DNA of 24,020 bases from Psilocybe cubensis (Eukaryota): assembly GCA_017499595.2 (NCBI GenBank), contig JAFIQS020000014.1, positions 248,001 through 272,020 of the forward strand, in the 5' to 3' direction. Made by a program: the position numbers and the translations under genes. Of the stretch, positions 12,701 through 21,269 are shown piece after piece. The notes beneath the pieces were generated by a model. It was not told the origin of the DNA. It worked only from the letters and a program-made list of their open reading frames with translations, and searched no databases. Numbering within the stretch: position 1 is the first letter of the stretch; the number at the start of each line of letters is the position of its first letter.

Positions 12701-15570
12701 AATAAGAATGATACTATATCAGTGTGTTGCGCTAATCTTGGATGGTGTCTGCGGAGTAGTATCTCTTTTGTTATTTCGTCTAATGTAGTCTTTTCCAAGG
12801 TCTGCCCATTTATACCCATTCTGCAATTATTGTCTGATTTGGATTGACCTCGTTCAAGGTATTTCCAGCACGTTGCTTGGTGCTCGTGCCATGCGTACTG
12901 ATGTAAGATTCGCTCCAGGAAGAAGTCGAACTCGAGCCAAAATTGGTTTATATCGGTATAATTTTGTGGGGAAGGTGATTGTATTACACCTGGATGAGGA
13001 TCACCTGTTTCAGTAGATAGTATTCGTCGGGGGTAATCGTTAGTCTGTTGTTCGGATCCTACTGAGTTTGGAAATTCACATTGAATTATAGATTCGATCC
13101 ACATGAACACTCTTGTTTGATAATGTATTGATCGGGTCATTTCATCGCGTAGTTTCTGGGGAGATAAGTGCCCGTGCAACCAAATCAGCATGTGGCAATG
13201 TAATGTTCCTTTACCTTGTGCCTCGACAGTACCGTAGTACGCTGTACATTTGCCGTATAAACCATTTTCCTCGCGCCCGTATCGTAATATGACGTTAATG
13301 AAGTTGTTTATCATTAGGTCAAAAAAACGTGCACATCCTGAAGGGTTCCGTGCTGCAAAGAGTGATCTTCTCCATTTCGTCCAGTCCTCTCCTCGTTCGA
13401 TACTTTCCAATGAAATATCCTCACCCGCTAACAGACGTACGATAGGGTTGTCCACGTCAGACGGGTTGATAGTGATGAATAGTGTTGGTGTTCCTTTATT
13501 ATTAATCAATGCCCTGATTTGGTTACGTAGAGTTAGTTTGTAGCCATCGCTCCCGGGTACGTGTTTTGATACCAGTCTGATCGAAGACAGTAGTCTAAAA
13601 GCTTCTTTTTCTTTTGTTTCTGTTGGTTTGTAATACGGATTTTTCTCACATTCTTTGGTTAAGTGACTTAACATGTCTAAATCGATATTTAACAGTTCGT
13701 TAGCTATTTTCTTGTGTGACGATTGGGATACCGAGAAACGTAGACTCTGGGACACTAGTGCCTTCCGACATATGTTATAGAAAATAAACGCGAATTCTGG
13801 GTCTTTCGCAAACGGGCTGTCGTCTACTAAAAGAAGATGTTTGAGTTGTTCCTCCATGCTTATTTTAATCTTTCGTCCGGGATGGTAAAACCCTCCGATA
13901 CCCCAAGGGTCCAGATGGGGGAATAACCATGTCAAGATCGATGGATTTTGAAAGTCAGGTACCATACTAGATCCTGTACCAGAAGCCAGGAATGGTTTCC
14001 CAGTGAGACATCTCTCCAAAGCAGTTGATTTCATAGTCAGGAATGCCTGTGGTGAGTTGTCTCCAGATGTATATCCTACATTTTCCATCAGTAATTCATT
14101 GTATAATTCGTCCTTTGAATTTTCATCCACATTTCGACATGTATAATCTGCGACGGCTGAGCTGATGGCGTCGTTATCGGTCATAGCGCCTATATGTACG
14201 GCGTGTGGTATACCCTCGTCTTTGTCGTTGTCAAACAAAAGTCTCATATTCTCTTCGCTGTACTCGGTGCTCGCAGAGTATTCTGGATTTTCGGTTAATA
14301 GAAAGTGTATTATTGTCTTTACCCTCGATCTTCGGACTAAGGTAGGTTTATATCTGTGAATGGTCTTACGGTTAGGTAGATCTTTACCGATGAATATAGC
14401 ACACATTGTGTCCCTTATCGTGTCAGACGCAGGTGGTATAACATTGTTCATGCGTATCACGTCTAGCGGTGATACTAGAACGTTTCCTCTTATACCTTTC
14501 CTAGCTCGACTCAACGTATTTTCGTTGTCGTCTTTGTCTTCTGTTTGTGTGGTGTGGTTCAATCTGCACGTGATTACACTGGACCGTGCTCGCGAACATA
14601 ACATCCTGTCGAAGATAGTTGAATGTTCTATCGCCGTCTTCACGGTTTCTGGTAAACTTTCAATTCCATAATACATCCAGTTACACAAAGCAAATTTAGG
14701 CATAGTGAAGGCCGCTAGTGCTTTGTCACATTTTGGACAGAGACATAGCTTGCCAATACGATCACGGTATTCCATGCCTTTATAATGCAGTATGGCCTTT
14801 CTGTAAATCTTGATATCATAAGTCTTAGGTAAAATTGAATCTGGCAAGTGTGGATTTTGTAGTAGATTCAGCTTGGTATTGTCTGGGTTTACCCATATAC
14901 AATCGCGCTTGAAAAACCTCAAAGCGCATGCCGCGCATACTACATTGGACAGTCTGTCCGTAGACATTTCTTGTTTCCATTCCCGTATAATTTTTAATTT
15001 TTCATCTTTCCCGATAGGTTTAAGATGATCTTCGTCGATGGGGACCGCTTTAACTCGATTGGGTTGCTGTGATTCTGTAATCGTATCCGCGCAGTCTATA
15101 CCAGGATTGTCTTGTGGTGGGTTGTTCAAATTTTCTTTGGCAACAGTTCGTCTTTCAAAATCGAAATTGCCACACCGTTCTTCGAAAATACTGAATATAT
15201 GTTGACGTGGTCTTGCCATGCATTTGAAAACATATATCAAGTTACTGCATTTGCTACTGCATTGGTGTTCAAATATCTTAGCGAATAGTTTGGGTTTAGT
15301 TAAACGGGAAAATTGTATGCCATGGGAATCGGCTATGGCTTTCATGTCATTCATAGTAAAATATCTGAACCAGAACATCAGTACAGAGATACTGACAGTG
15401 AATACGAGATTTGTAGTGTCATTTATGTGTTTTATAGCGTCATCATGATAAAGCCATATTGTGGTGAACTTGTAATATTCGTTGAAACGTAACACTTTAA
15501 GCTTTTCTACATATGGACGGCTATATTCGGGTTTGTACCTGTAGATATCGATATCTGAAATTTCGTCCAA
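9709..15570 (-). CDS. Helitron Rep-helicase transposase (N-terminal Cys-rich/DUF6570-like region, HUH Rep endonuclease, PIF1-family SF1B helicase)
   Basis: Uninterrupted 1953-codon ORF. Rep motifs LFITINP, VEAQGKGTLHCHMLIW (HUH) and YYVTDYITK (two catalytic Tyr). Helicase motifs GVGGTGKS (Walker A), IIDETSMI (Walker B), GDCAQLKP, YKGQGRTL and YVMLSRV. The ORF-track start is a TTG, so the true start is uncertain. Confidence 0.96.
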   Translation of the reverse strand: MDEISDIDIYRYKPEYSRPYVEKLKVLRFNEYYKFTTIWLYHDDAIKHINDTTNLVFTVSISVLMFWFRYFTMNDMKAIADSHGIQFSRLTKPKLFAKIFEHQCSSKCSNLIYVFKCMARPRQHIFSIFEERCGNFDFERRTVAKENLNNPPQDNPGIDCADTITESQQPNRVKAVPIDEDHLKPIGKDEKLKIIREWKQEMSTDRLSNVVCAACALRFFKRDCIWVNPDNTKLNLLQNPHLPDSILPKTYDIKIYRKAILHYKGMEYRDRIGKLCLCPKCDKALAAFTMPKFALCNWMYYGIESLPETVKTAIEHSTIFDRMLCSRARSSVITCRLNHTTQTEDKDDNENTLSRARKGIRGNVLVSPLDVIRMNNVIPPASDTIRDTMCAIFIGKDLPNRKTIHRYKPTLVRRSRVKTIIHFLLTENPEYSASTEYSEENMRLLFDNDKDEGIPHAVHIGAMTDNDAISSAVADYTCRNVDENSKDELYNELLMENVGYTSGDNSPQAFLTMKSTALERCLTGKPFLASGTGSSMVPDFQNPSILTWLFPHLDPWGIGGFYHPGRKIKISMEEQLKHLLLVDDSPFAKDPEFAFIFYNICRKALVSQSLRFSVSQSSHKKIANELLNIDLDMLSHLTKECEKNPYYKPTETKEKEAFRLLSSIRLVSKHVPGSDGYKLTLRNQIRALINNKGTPTLFITINPSDVDNPIVRLLAGEDISLESIERGEDWTKWRRSLFAARNPSGCARFFDLMINNFINVILRYGREENGLYGKCTAYYGTVEAQGKGTLHCHMLIWLHGHLSPQKLRDEMTRSIHYQTRVFMWIESIIQCEFPNSVGSEQQTNDYPRRILSTETGDPHPGVIQSPSPQNYTDINQFWLEFDFFLERILHQYAWHEHQATCWKYLERGQSKSDNNCRMGINGQTLEKTTLDEITKEILLRRHHPRLAQHTDIVSFLLQCNMDIKFVGSGDAAKAFLYYVTDYITKASLPVHAGMAALSYAVSKAYSKMSANQSEISDNQTVGAIITAVNSMMGRQEISQPQVMSYLVGGGDHYTSHKFAILKWHSIRRFCMSHHTKSNQTPNNSTLDDVSNTNEQENEESVELNMGDRDITASNQRLDYCLRPANDKFIDLCLYDFVAWGIKQRYTKEMLHIETAVRPGSFLNDEHPEYFTHYMTIRRKSCIPIILGPSIPNPLKSDQLKDDWARDMLLLFKPWRDISDLKTPSETWTDAFHNYEISMKLEHTRIIQNMQALTECSEARDAHRQRRRGKTSEDVVSDEVQDIILTDTEGNTDTLNPNDVYSPDPFQCIENPNEDFTTNLHDSIDNIGEETSRFLDMCLPLDTTETAVDTEYQKSVPVNQQTLTSHEVDDLLASHRAIMKSKRKRAMLHEPDTDDITTPPKRYRNGNYAPIAKQAILQDLYDLSHNYNSITDTDTMNNIAEEMGLLNNPEQLKAFRIIGNHIITDNKEQLLIHIAGVGGTGKSHLIKCLIMLFERLHRRNELLLGAPTGIAAVLIGGQTLHSLIVSHANQSQAKPNKLKLIQIWKYIKTLIIDETSMISAKFLSEISIRIRQGKGDDVVNSNKPFGGINVIFMGDCAQLKPPLQKPLYANELVKNPSFAEARNVSGPSQLNGAFLWRQVKTVIQLVKNERHARDIKYALFLDRLRLGLCRSNINNIKSDNEQSDYHYIYNRLIQKQASNPKTLALFRDAPIIVGNKAVRDILNAKLIKYHSTKANISPHIYYSRDERHKKRITGEFQQILWRLPSTKTNDALGKLPLFIGMKVMITENIAFDDKIVNGTEGIVTDIKYEVDEKYRRYCKAVYVHVKGCGIQVDGLEKDVVPIFPSSTSIDVKYQKHIKLFDSFTRKQVPLIPAYAYTDYKGQGRTLDRVIVDLLTARGQGAYVMLSRVKSISGLLVLRWFPENKIYNRLPEELRNELNRLDNIAKSDVEQSRPI

Positions 15571-15983
15571 CGCGTGAAATCGGAATTAATCCGTGTCAAT
15601 TTAAATTCATTTAATATCAAGTTTCAAGTTTAACCAGATTTGAATTGGATACAAGGTGACGAATCGAATTTTTCATCAGCGATAATTCCCATAGGTAAAA
15701 CGATTACTTACCGCGTTGCAGAGTCGACGCTTTCAACGACGATACCGTGTTTTGTGTGTTAATATAAGTGGTCTGCGTTGTGTAATTTGACAGATAGTTC
15801 TACTATAAGTTTTTGTAAGCGCTCACCATTCTTCAATATATCTGGAAATGGGTCTGTCGGGGCGTTGGTGTTGATTTTATCTGTTCTGGTCTTTTGTCTT
15901 ATTTAAATAGGGTGTACTCGTTTATATAGAGTTTTGTCTGTGTATGGTATCTGGTACTGTTACTGAAATTCGTTCAATGATTC

Positions 15984-16394
15984 TTTAATTGGGTCCAGTC
16001 ACGAACTGTTCATGTAACACCAAGTAGGCGACACTTTGTCCGCCGTGTGTTGTTATTTTGTTTGGTTGTCAGATCATATGAGTAATAGCAACTATCACGC
16101 TAACTAGTCAGCACTTTTACCCATCGTGGGAGGAAGTGTACGTGTTTATGTTTACGTGATGACGTATGCAAGTATTACTGTCACTTAGCTTGTGTTTAAT
16201 TGGGTCCAGTCACGAACTGCTCACGTAACACCAAGTAAGCAACACTTTGTCCGCCGTGTGTTGTTATTTTGTTTGGTTGTCAGATCATATGAGTAATAGC
16301 AACTATCACGCTAACTAGCCAGCACTTTTACCCATCGTGGGAGGAAGTGTACGTGCTTATGTTTACGTGATGATGTATGCAAGTCTTAGCTCGT
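15984..16394. repeat. Two-copy tandem duplication, period 211 bp, between the divergent Rep-helicase and R2-like genes
   Basis: TTTAATTGGGTCCAGTCACGAACTG... begins at 15984 and again at 16195. The copies differ by a few substitutions and by loss of ATTACTGTCA near the end of copy 2. Confidence 0.95.
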
Positions 16395-16508
16395 GTTGTA
16401 AGTGACGGTGTATTGCATTCTGAGTCTCTTTATGTGTAAACCGCGACGTAGATTTAAGGTCAGGTCGTCAGACAGAGTCAGTGTGCGCAAGTTCACAGCT
16501 CCATTGTT

Positions 16509-17822
16509 ATGGCGAATCTTGGTGAGCGCCTCAAATGTCGCGGTTTGTTGTGTTTGTAATGTTATGATAGAGATTCATAGGTTCTCTCCCGCTCGAATTC
16601 TTATTCTTGATGCGCAGGAGCGACTACTCGCTAAGGATTCGCGGCGTTTTGTTCTCTTTCCCATTCGGTACATTAAGGTGTTGTTGTTAATGTAACATTT
16701 TTTCCTTCGGGACTAACTTTGTTTGAATTGCCTTGGAACTGCCCTGTTCAGATTTGGAAAGCATACTTGCATGCTGTGACGACGTTATGGGAAGCACGTT
16801 GTGCTGGTTTATCACGTGACTCTAAGGATTGGACTGAGTGTCTGTCATTCCAACAACGATGCGGTGGCATCTTCTTTTTCAAACTTTCTATTGCTTCTCA
16901 TGGGATACATAAGCGACTATTGGATATAATCTCCAAAGAAATTACAGTCCCAGAAGCACATTGCTATTTCAGTTTCCAGTCGGTCAAGTGGGTGTGAATT
17001 TTTTATACATGGATTTATCTCAGGATTCGATTAACAACGTTCTAACAGTGAAAACGTCCACCAGGAGGCGATGGCCAAGATTACGCACGGTCTCACAGGA
17101 ATTCGAATGGACGATTGCGTCGATGAATGGGAACTCTTGCGTCCAAAGGAAAAATTTATGAATATTTGGACGAGATCTTCCGTGTATCCTTTCTCTGAGA
17201 GGTTGCTCGTTTTTATATTCATTCAAGGAATATTTGGTATTTCTCTGTCCCGGCTTCTACAATGGTTTTCTGGCAAAGATTACCTCCCAACTATGGTATC
17301 TACTTACACCCGGATCTTCAATGACAGGGAATGTCATGTAGACTTTGTCTCGCTGCTTTTTTATCATTTGAAAAGGCGTCCGTTAACCAGTTTTGTCAAC
17401 GAATTCGTCGGGACCATTGTTAAAATCGAAAAAAAATTCGGCAGTGGTATGATAATGGTTTGTTTTTTAATGGTCCGTGTCTGATTAGCATGCTGAATAT
17501 TATAGATTTGCTGGACCTTTCCGAGATAGACATTCCATTAGACGACCTGAATCGGTACGTGGAATGCAAAGCAGACGCCCTTCTGGTGTCTCTTGGGTAC
17601 AAGCAATTGTACGGTACATGTAACAAAGTATGACATTGTTCGTCTGAATTTGGGATTCAGTTGACGAGTTTTTAGGGGATCGATGATCTTATCCCTATCG
17701 TCCCTGGGGAACTGAAAGCTGGTTTTTTTCTCGAGGAGATGGCGCTGGCGTATATCCCCCCAACTATGGAAGACGCTATTTTAGACGGACAGTTCGGTAA
17801 TCATCTCCTTGACCTTTCTTGA
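16509..17822 (+). CDS. RNR2: Highly divergent ribonucleotide reductase small subunit (R2, ferritin-like) homologue; open frame but lacking the radical Tyr and three iron ligands
   Basis: Exons 16509-16521, 16571-16677, 16752-16987, 17049-17446, 17506-17627, 17676-17822 (1023 nt, 340 aa; alternative start ATG 16564). Colinear R2 motifs RRFVLFPI, IWKAY, LSRDSKDW, PEAHCYFSFQ, ENVH, FSERLLVF, HVDFVSLLFYHLKRRP, YVECKADALLVSLG. The symbol denotes the family, not the host's functional RNR2. Confidence 0.88.
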
Positions 17823-18129
17823 ACATGTTATATGGTTTATTCATACTTTTTGTTGATGTAATATCTATGTACCCGCTACTGAAGGGTAAATCCTAGACAC
17901 CGTGGAATAATACAACTTCCTGTTGAAATTAAACCCTTGTCATAGAGTTCTGGATGGGAAGGTGAATACTGTTTCATTCCAATTATCCGTCTGTGGTGAT
18001 TTTGCGCTCTTTAGACTGTATGCCCAGTATCAATCTCGGAAAACTCCAAGCGCGTGGCAATCTATCAGTTCATATTACTGTGACTATCCACCCAACCAAT
18101 GTCCACTTATTATGCTGTGACTAATGTAC

Positions 18130-18282
18130 TCCCACCCCGCGCCCGCGCAGGCGCAGGCGGCACAGCCCAAAGCACCTGAAAACGAGCTCTTCTCGTTCGA
18201 CTTCCACGCACCGTCTCTGGTGCAGAACACGGCTGTGATGGAGCAGCCGAAGAAAGACGTGAAGCAGAATATTTTGTCGTTT
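18130..18282 (+). pseudogene. Short fragment resembling the C-terminal low-complexity region of a fungal ArfGAP (Age2/SMAP-like)
   Basis: GC-rich island encoding PAPAQAQAAQPKAPENELFSFDFHAP...EQPKKDVKQNILS, similar by recollection to the DLFSLDFH...KKDVKQDILSLF motifs of fungal ArfGAPs. No ArfGAP zinc-finger domain nearby. Confidence 0.5.
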
Positions 18283-19119
18283 ACATTAATCAGCGTTTGT
18301 ACGCTGCCTCTGTTTTCTTGTGATTATGATAGACATTAAAATTTCATGTAGACTGTAGGTTGTACAGACTTTCTCATGCTTGGATTAGGGTATGTACCTC
18401 AATGGGTATCTTGGTATCGCTGTGCTTTTCTATACCGCTTCACTGGCGGACTCGTGTTACTCTAGGAGAAGATGGTATGTATGAAGATGTTCTACGCTTT
18501 TGGATGGACAAAGACAAAGAAGGCAACACACCCGACGCGTTGCAGGAGGTTATCGAGCATCTCATGTACCAAGGAAAGGCCTGTCCTCATCTATACTCGC
18601 TTGTTCTGAGGTTCTTGACCTCGACGCCGGAGCTGCTTAACCGACATCAAACTGGTTTGAAGGACATCCTGGAGCATATCGACGACGTGCAATTGATTCT
18701 CCTTGGGAGTCTTACAAGTTTTGAGTCGAAATGGAGTGGCGAGTGTCGGTTTAATGAAGCAATGGTTGATCAAGACGATCAAGGAAAGTAGGAGTGAAAT
18801 TCAGAATGTAAGTTTCCCTTTCTATTTAATCTGTTCGTTGTTTTTCCTTTCGTAGGATCAAGCTCTCACGAAATCGTATCGTCTGGAGATCGTTGACAGG
18901 ATAAAGCAATTTGCTGAATTGACAAACACAGAAGAGTCTCGGGTGTTCTATGACAAGGTGCTCCAGTTACATCGACCAGCTCGATCTTCCCAGCGTGCAC
19001 TTCATGTGTAACCGTTCTTATCATCCATGGTATGTATTGTGTGTATATCTTCTTCTGCGTGTCTTCTGTACGTGTATTCCTCTAATCGCCATTCGCTTGC
19101 TCGTAGGTACATCGCGGAC

Positions 19120-20261
19120 GGGCACTGGAAAATGTCAGTGCAATGTCAGTGCGGTCAGTGCATGTCAGTGCATACCACAGCAATGTCAGTGTAAACTGCA
19201 GTGATGTCAGTGCAGTGTCAGTGCATGTTTCAAATCATCTATAAATTGGTCAGGGTGTGTCAGTGCGTCCTGGGTTATGTTAGTGCGTTGGTTAGTTCAT
19301 CGTGTGGTGGCAAAGTTTTTACTTGTTAGATTGAAAGTCGTGGGCCGTGAGAAAGTTAACTTAGGGAGGATTAAAACATACAGTCTCGGAATTTATGGGC
19401 CAGACATGGCTAAATAACAAGATATAGAAGTAGACATATATTTTCTACATTTTCAAGTAATGATCCGGTGTACTAAATCAAGCATAGATGTTGGAAAATG
19501 AATGAATTATGCTGGAATCATTAGATAGACGCCTCAGAGTATCCCTGTGTATAAATGATCCAATATGCTTGTTTGACAATGATTTGGGATCATACTTGGC
19601 TGCAGGCGCAACAATGCTTTGAAATATTGGCCTTAGCTTGGGTGCGGTTTTTTAGTAGGGAGGACGTCCCTATGACACAGCTAAAAGGGAAAGGGAACTA
19701 GAAAGTCCCATCGGTGCATCCTAGTTGAGCAGGTCTTTGGGACAGTTGATGGACCAGAGGTAATTCATACCAGTCTACCTACCTACCATTGTGTTCTTCG
19801 TTTGAAATAAAAGATAACATGATTATAAGGTAAAAATAATGTCAGTGCATCGTCAGTGCACCATTACTGAAAGTCAGTTTATGTCAGTGCATGTGAGTGC
19901 ACCGTCAGTGCATGTGAGTGCATCGTCAGTGCATGTAAGTGCACCGTCAGTGCATGTCAGTGCACAGTCAGTGCAAATGCTTGGCGGTCAGTGCATGTGT
20001 CAGTGCATCAACTCTTGGCAGTCAGTGTTAAAATAATTCTAGGAGGATACTAGATTTCCAGACACTTAAAATCCGGTCAAAATCCATCTAAGTAATCCTG
20101 CAATAAACATAGTTTTATTGTATAGAAGTACAGACTTCAATTTTTTCACAAATCCTAAGTGATGTCAGTGCATGTCAGTGCATAGACATTATATTGTCAG
20201 TGAATGTCAGTGCCGACGTGCACTTACATGCACTGACATGCACTGACATTTCTTGTTGCCC
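19120..20261. mobile_element. Non-autonomous Mutator/Foldback-like DNA transposon, 1142 bp, 9-bp target-site duplication
   Basis: Perfect ATCGCGGAC at 19111-19119 and 20262-20270. Imperfect TIRs: left GGGCACTGGAAAATGTCAGTGCAATGTCAGTGC, right reverse complement GGGCAACAAGAAATGTCAGTGCATGTCAGTGC. No transposase ORF. Removing it restores the VPS11 frame YIAD|NEV. Confidence 0.9.
19134..20250. repeat. Three clusters of ~10-bp (T)GTCAGTGCA repeats inside the Mutator-like element
   Basis: Clusters at ~19134-19226, ~19838-20030 and ~20162-20250. The last cluster switches to inverted CACTGAC copies after ~20220. Confidence 0.92.
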
Positions 20262-21092
20262 ATCGCGGACAACGAAGTCGGTAATAACATGGAGATTTGT
20301 TTGAAGGGCGGTGGTGTTATACCAACGTCTGTCTGTCCGGAATGCGGTGAAGCTAATAGAGGAGTGTTTCACATGTTGCTTGACACAAATACTGTAGATT
20401 CACGTTTCGAAGGAATCCTCAGGGACATGGGCGTCACTGATCGAGTTTTCTACTGACACAGACAGTGTATCTCATGACAAACGTGGTCTTATATTTCTGA
20501 ACCTGGTGAAATGATAGTTTAAATAAATAAATGTCATATGCAATGAAGCTCATGTACTTTGTACTGAATCGCGAACGATCGCAAAGCAACCTCCATCAAC
20601 TTAAATAATTCCCGTGATTGAAAGGAAGTGGGTTTTGTGGTTTTTTTTTTAATCGCCAAATTTTGGCGCGTTGGGTCGTGTCTCTGCAACCATTTACATA
20701 AACTCATACGTTTCACGGTCAAATTCGGTCCGCTGATCCTCTTTTTCCTTGTGCAGTTTCCGTGTGGCAATGTTTTGTTTCACGAACTCTTTCGTTGTTG
20801 ACCCATGTATCGTTGCTTATGGTCTGCTTTTATATTGAGATAGCCTCCAGGCCTGTGTCTGTCCCGTTTGACTCTGTAAATACCCATTCTTTACTGTTTC
20901 GCTTTCCTTTAAATTTCTACGCTTGTTCTTCGTTGTATCGCTGCTATTGACCATTTTTAACAGTGACATCACTCCTAACCTATCTCTTACGTCTGCTGTG
21001 CGATTTGTCGTATTGTCGGAGGAGTTAGATGTCGACTCAGTCATTGGCGATAGTTAGTTGCCTGTTTGTGAAGTGTATAAGGTGCGTGTCTG

Positions 21093-21142
21093 TTTTTTTT
21101 TTTTTTTTTTTAGTTGTATTCTAATCCTCAATACCTGATTAT

Positions 21143-21192
<50 letters not shown>
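21093..21192. repeat. Two poly-T tracts (T19 at 21093-21111, T49 at 21144-21192)
   Basis: Read directly from the sequence. Confidence 0.95.
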
Positions 21193-21193
<1 letters not shown>

Positions 21194-21194
<1 letters not shown>

Positions 21195-21269
21195 CTACAA
21201 ATTGCTTAATTACATGCCTTACAAAATCCAATTTCATACCTACGAATTGCTTAATCCCATGCCTTACAA
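21194..21269. repeat. Imperfect 31-bp direct repeat, period 45 bp, abutting the long poly-T
   Basis: CCTACAAATTGCTTAATTACATGCCTTACAA (21194-21224) and CCTACGAATTGCTTAATCCCATGCCTTACAA (21239-21269). Confidence 0.85.

Larger units (their letters stand above)
18466..20281 (+). pseudogene. VPS11: Degenerate C-terminal fragment of VPS11/PEP5 (HOPS/CORVET RING-H2 subunit), introns retained, interrupted by a DNA transposon
   Basis: Pieces 18466-18807, 18856-19029, 19107-19119 and 20271-~20281. They read MYEDVLRFWMDK..HLYSLVLRFLTS..LGVLQVLSRNGVASVGLMKQWL..|DQALTKSYR..RVF..TRCSSYIDQLDLPSVHFMCNRSYH..|YIADNEV. Frameshifts near 18475, 18700 and 18950; RING ligands altered; N-terminal majority absent. 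Confidence 0.88.
9514..21138 (-). mobile_element. Helitron-type rolling-circle transposon (probably the non-canonical Helitron2/Helentron-like group) with cargo; both boundaries approximate
   Basis: Intact Rep-helicase ORF, a hairpin cluster just downstream of its stop codon, and adjacent intron-containing host-gene fragments typical of Helitron capture. The presence of a Helitron is secure; its extent, especially the right end, is inferred. Confidence 0.5.

Noticed and set aside
9944-15448. Plus-strand ORFs opposite the Rep-helicase
   Set aside because: Antisense shadows of a long real ORF with no independent features.
16509-17822. The R2-like gene as the host's housekeeping RNR2
   Set aside because: It lacks the radical Tyr and three iron ligands and is far more divergent than real RNR2 proteins.
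19838-20030. GTCAGTGCA array as a CRISPR array, or ORF 19839..20036 as a repeat protein
   Set aside because: Units are ~10 bp without unique spacers, the DNA is eukaryotic, and the array lies within a TIR/TSD-bounded transposon.
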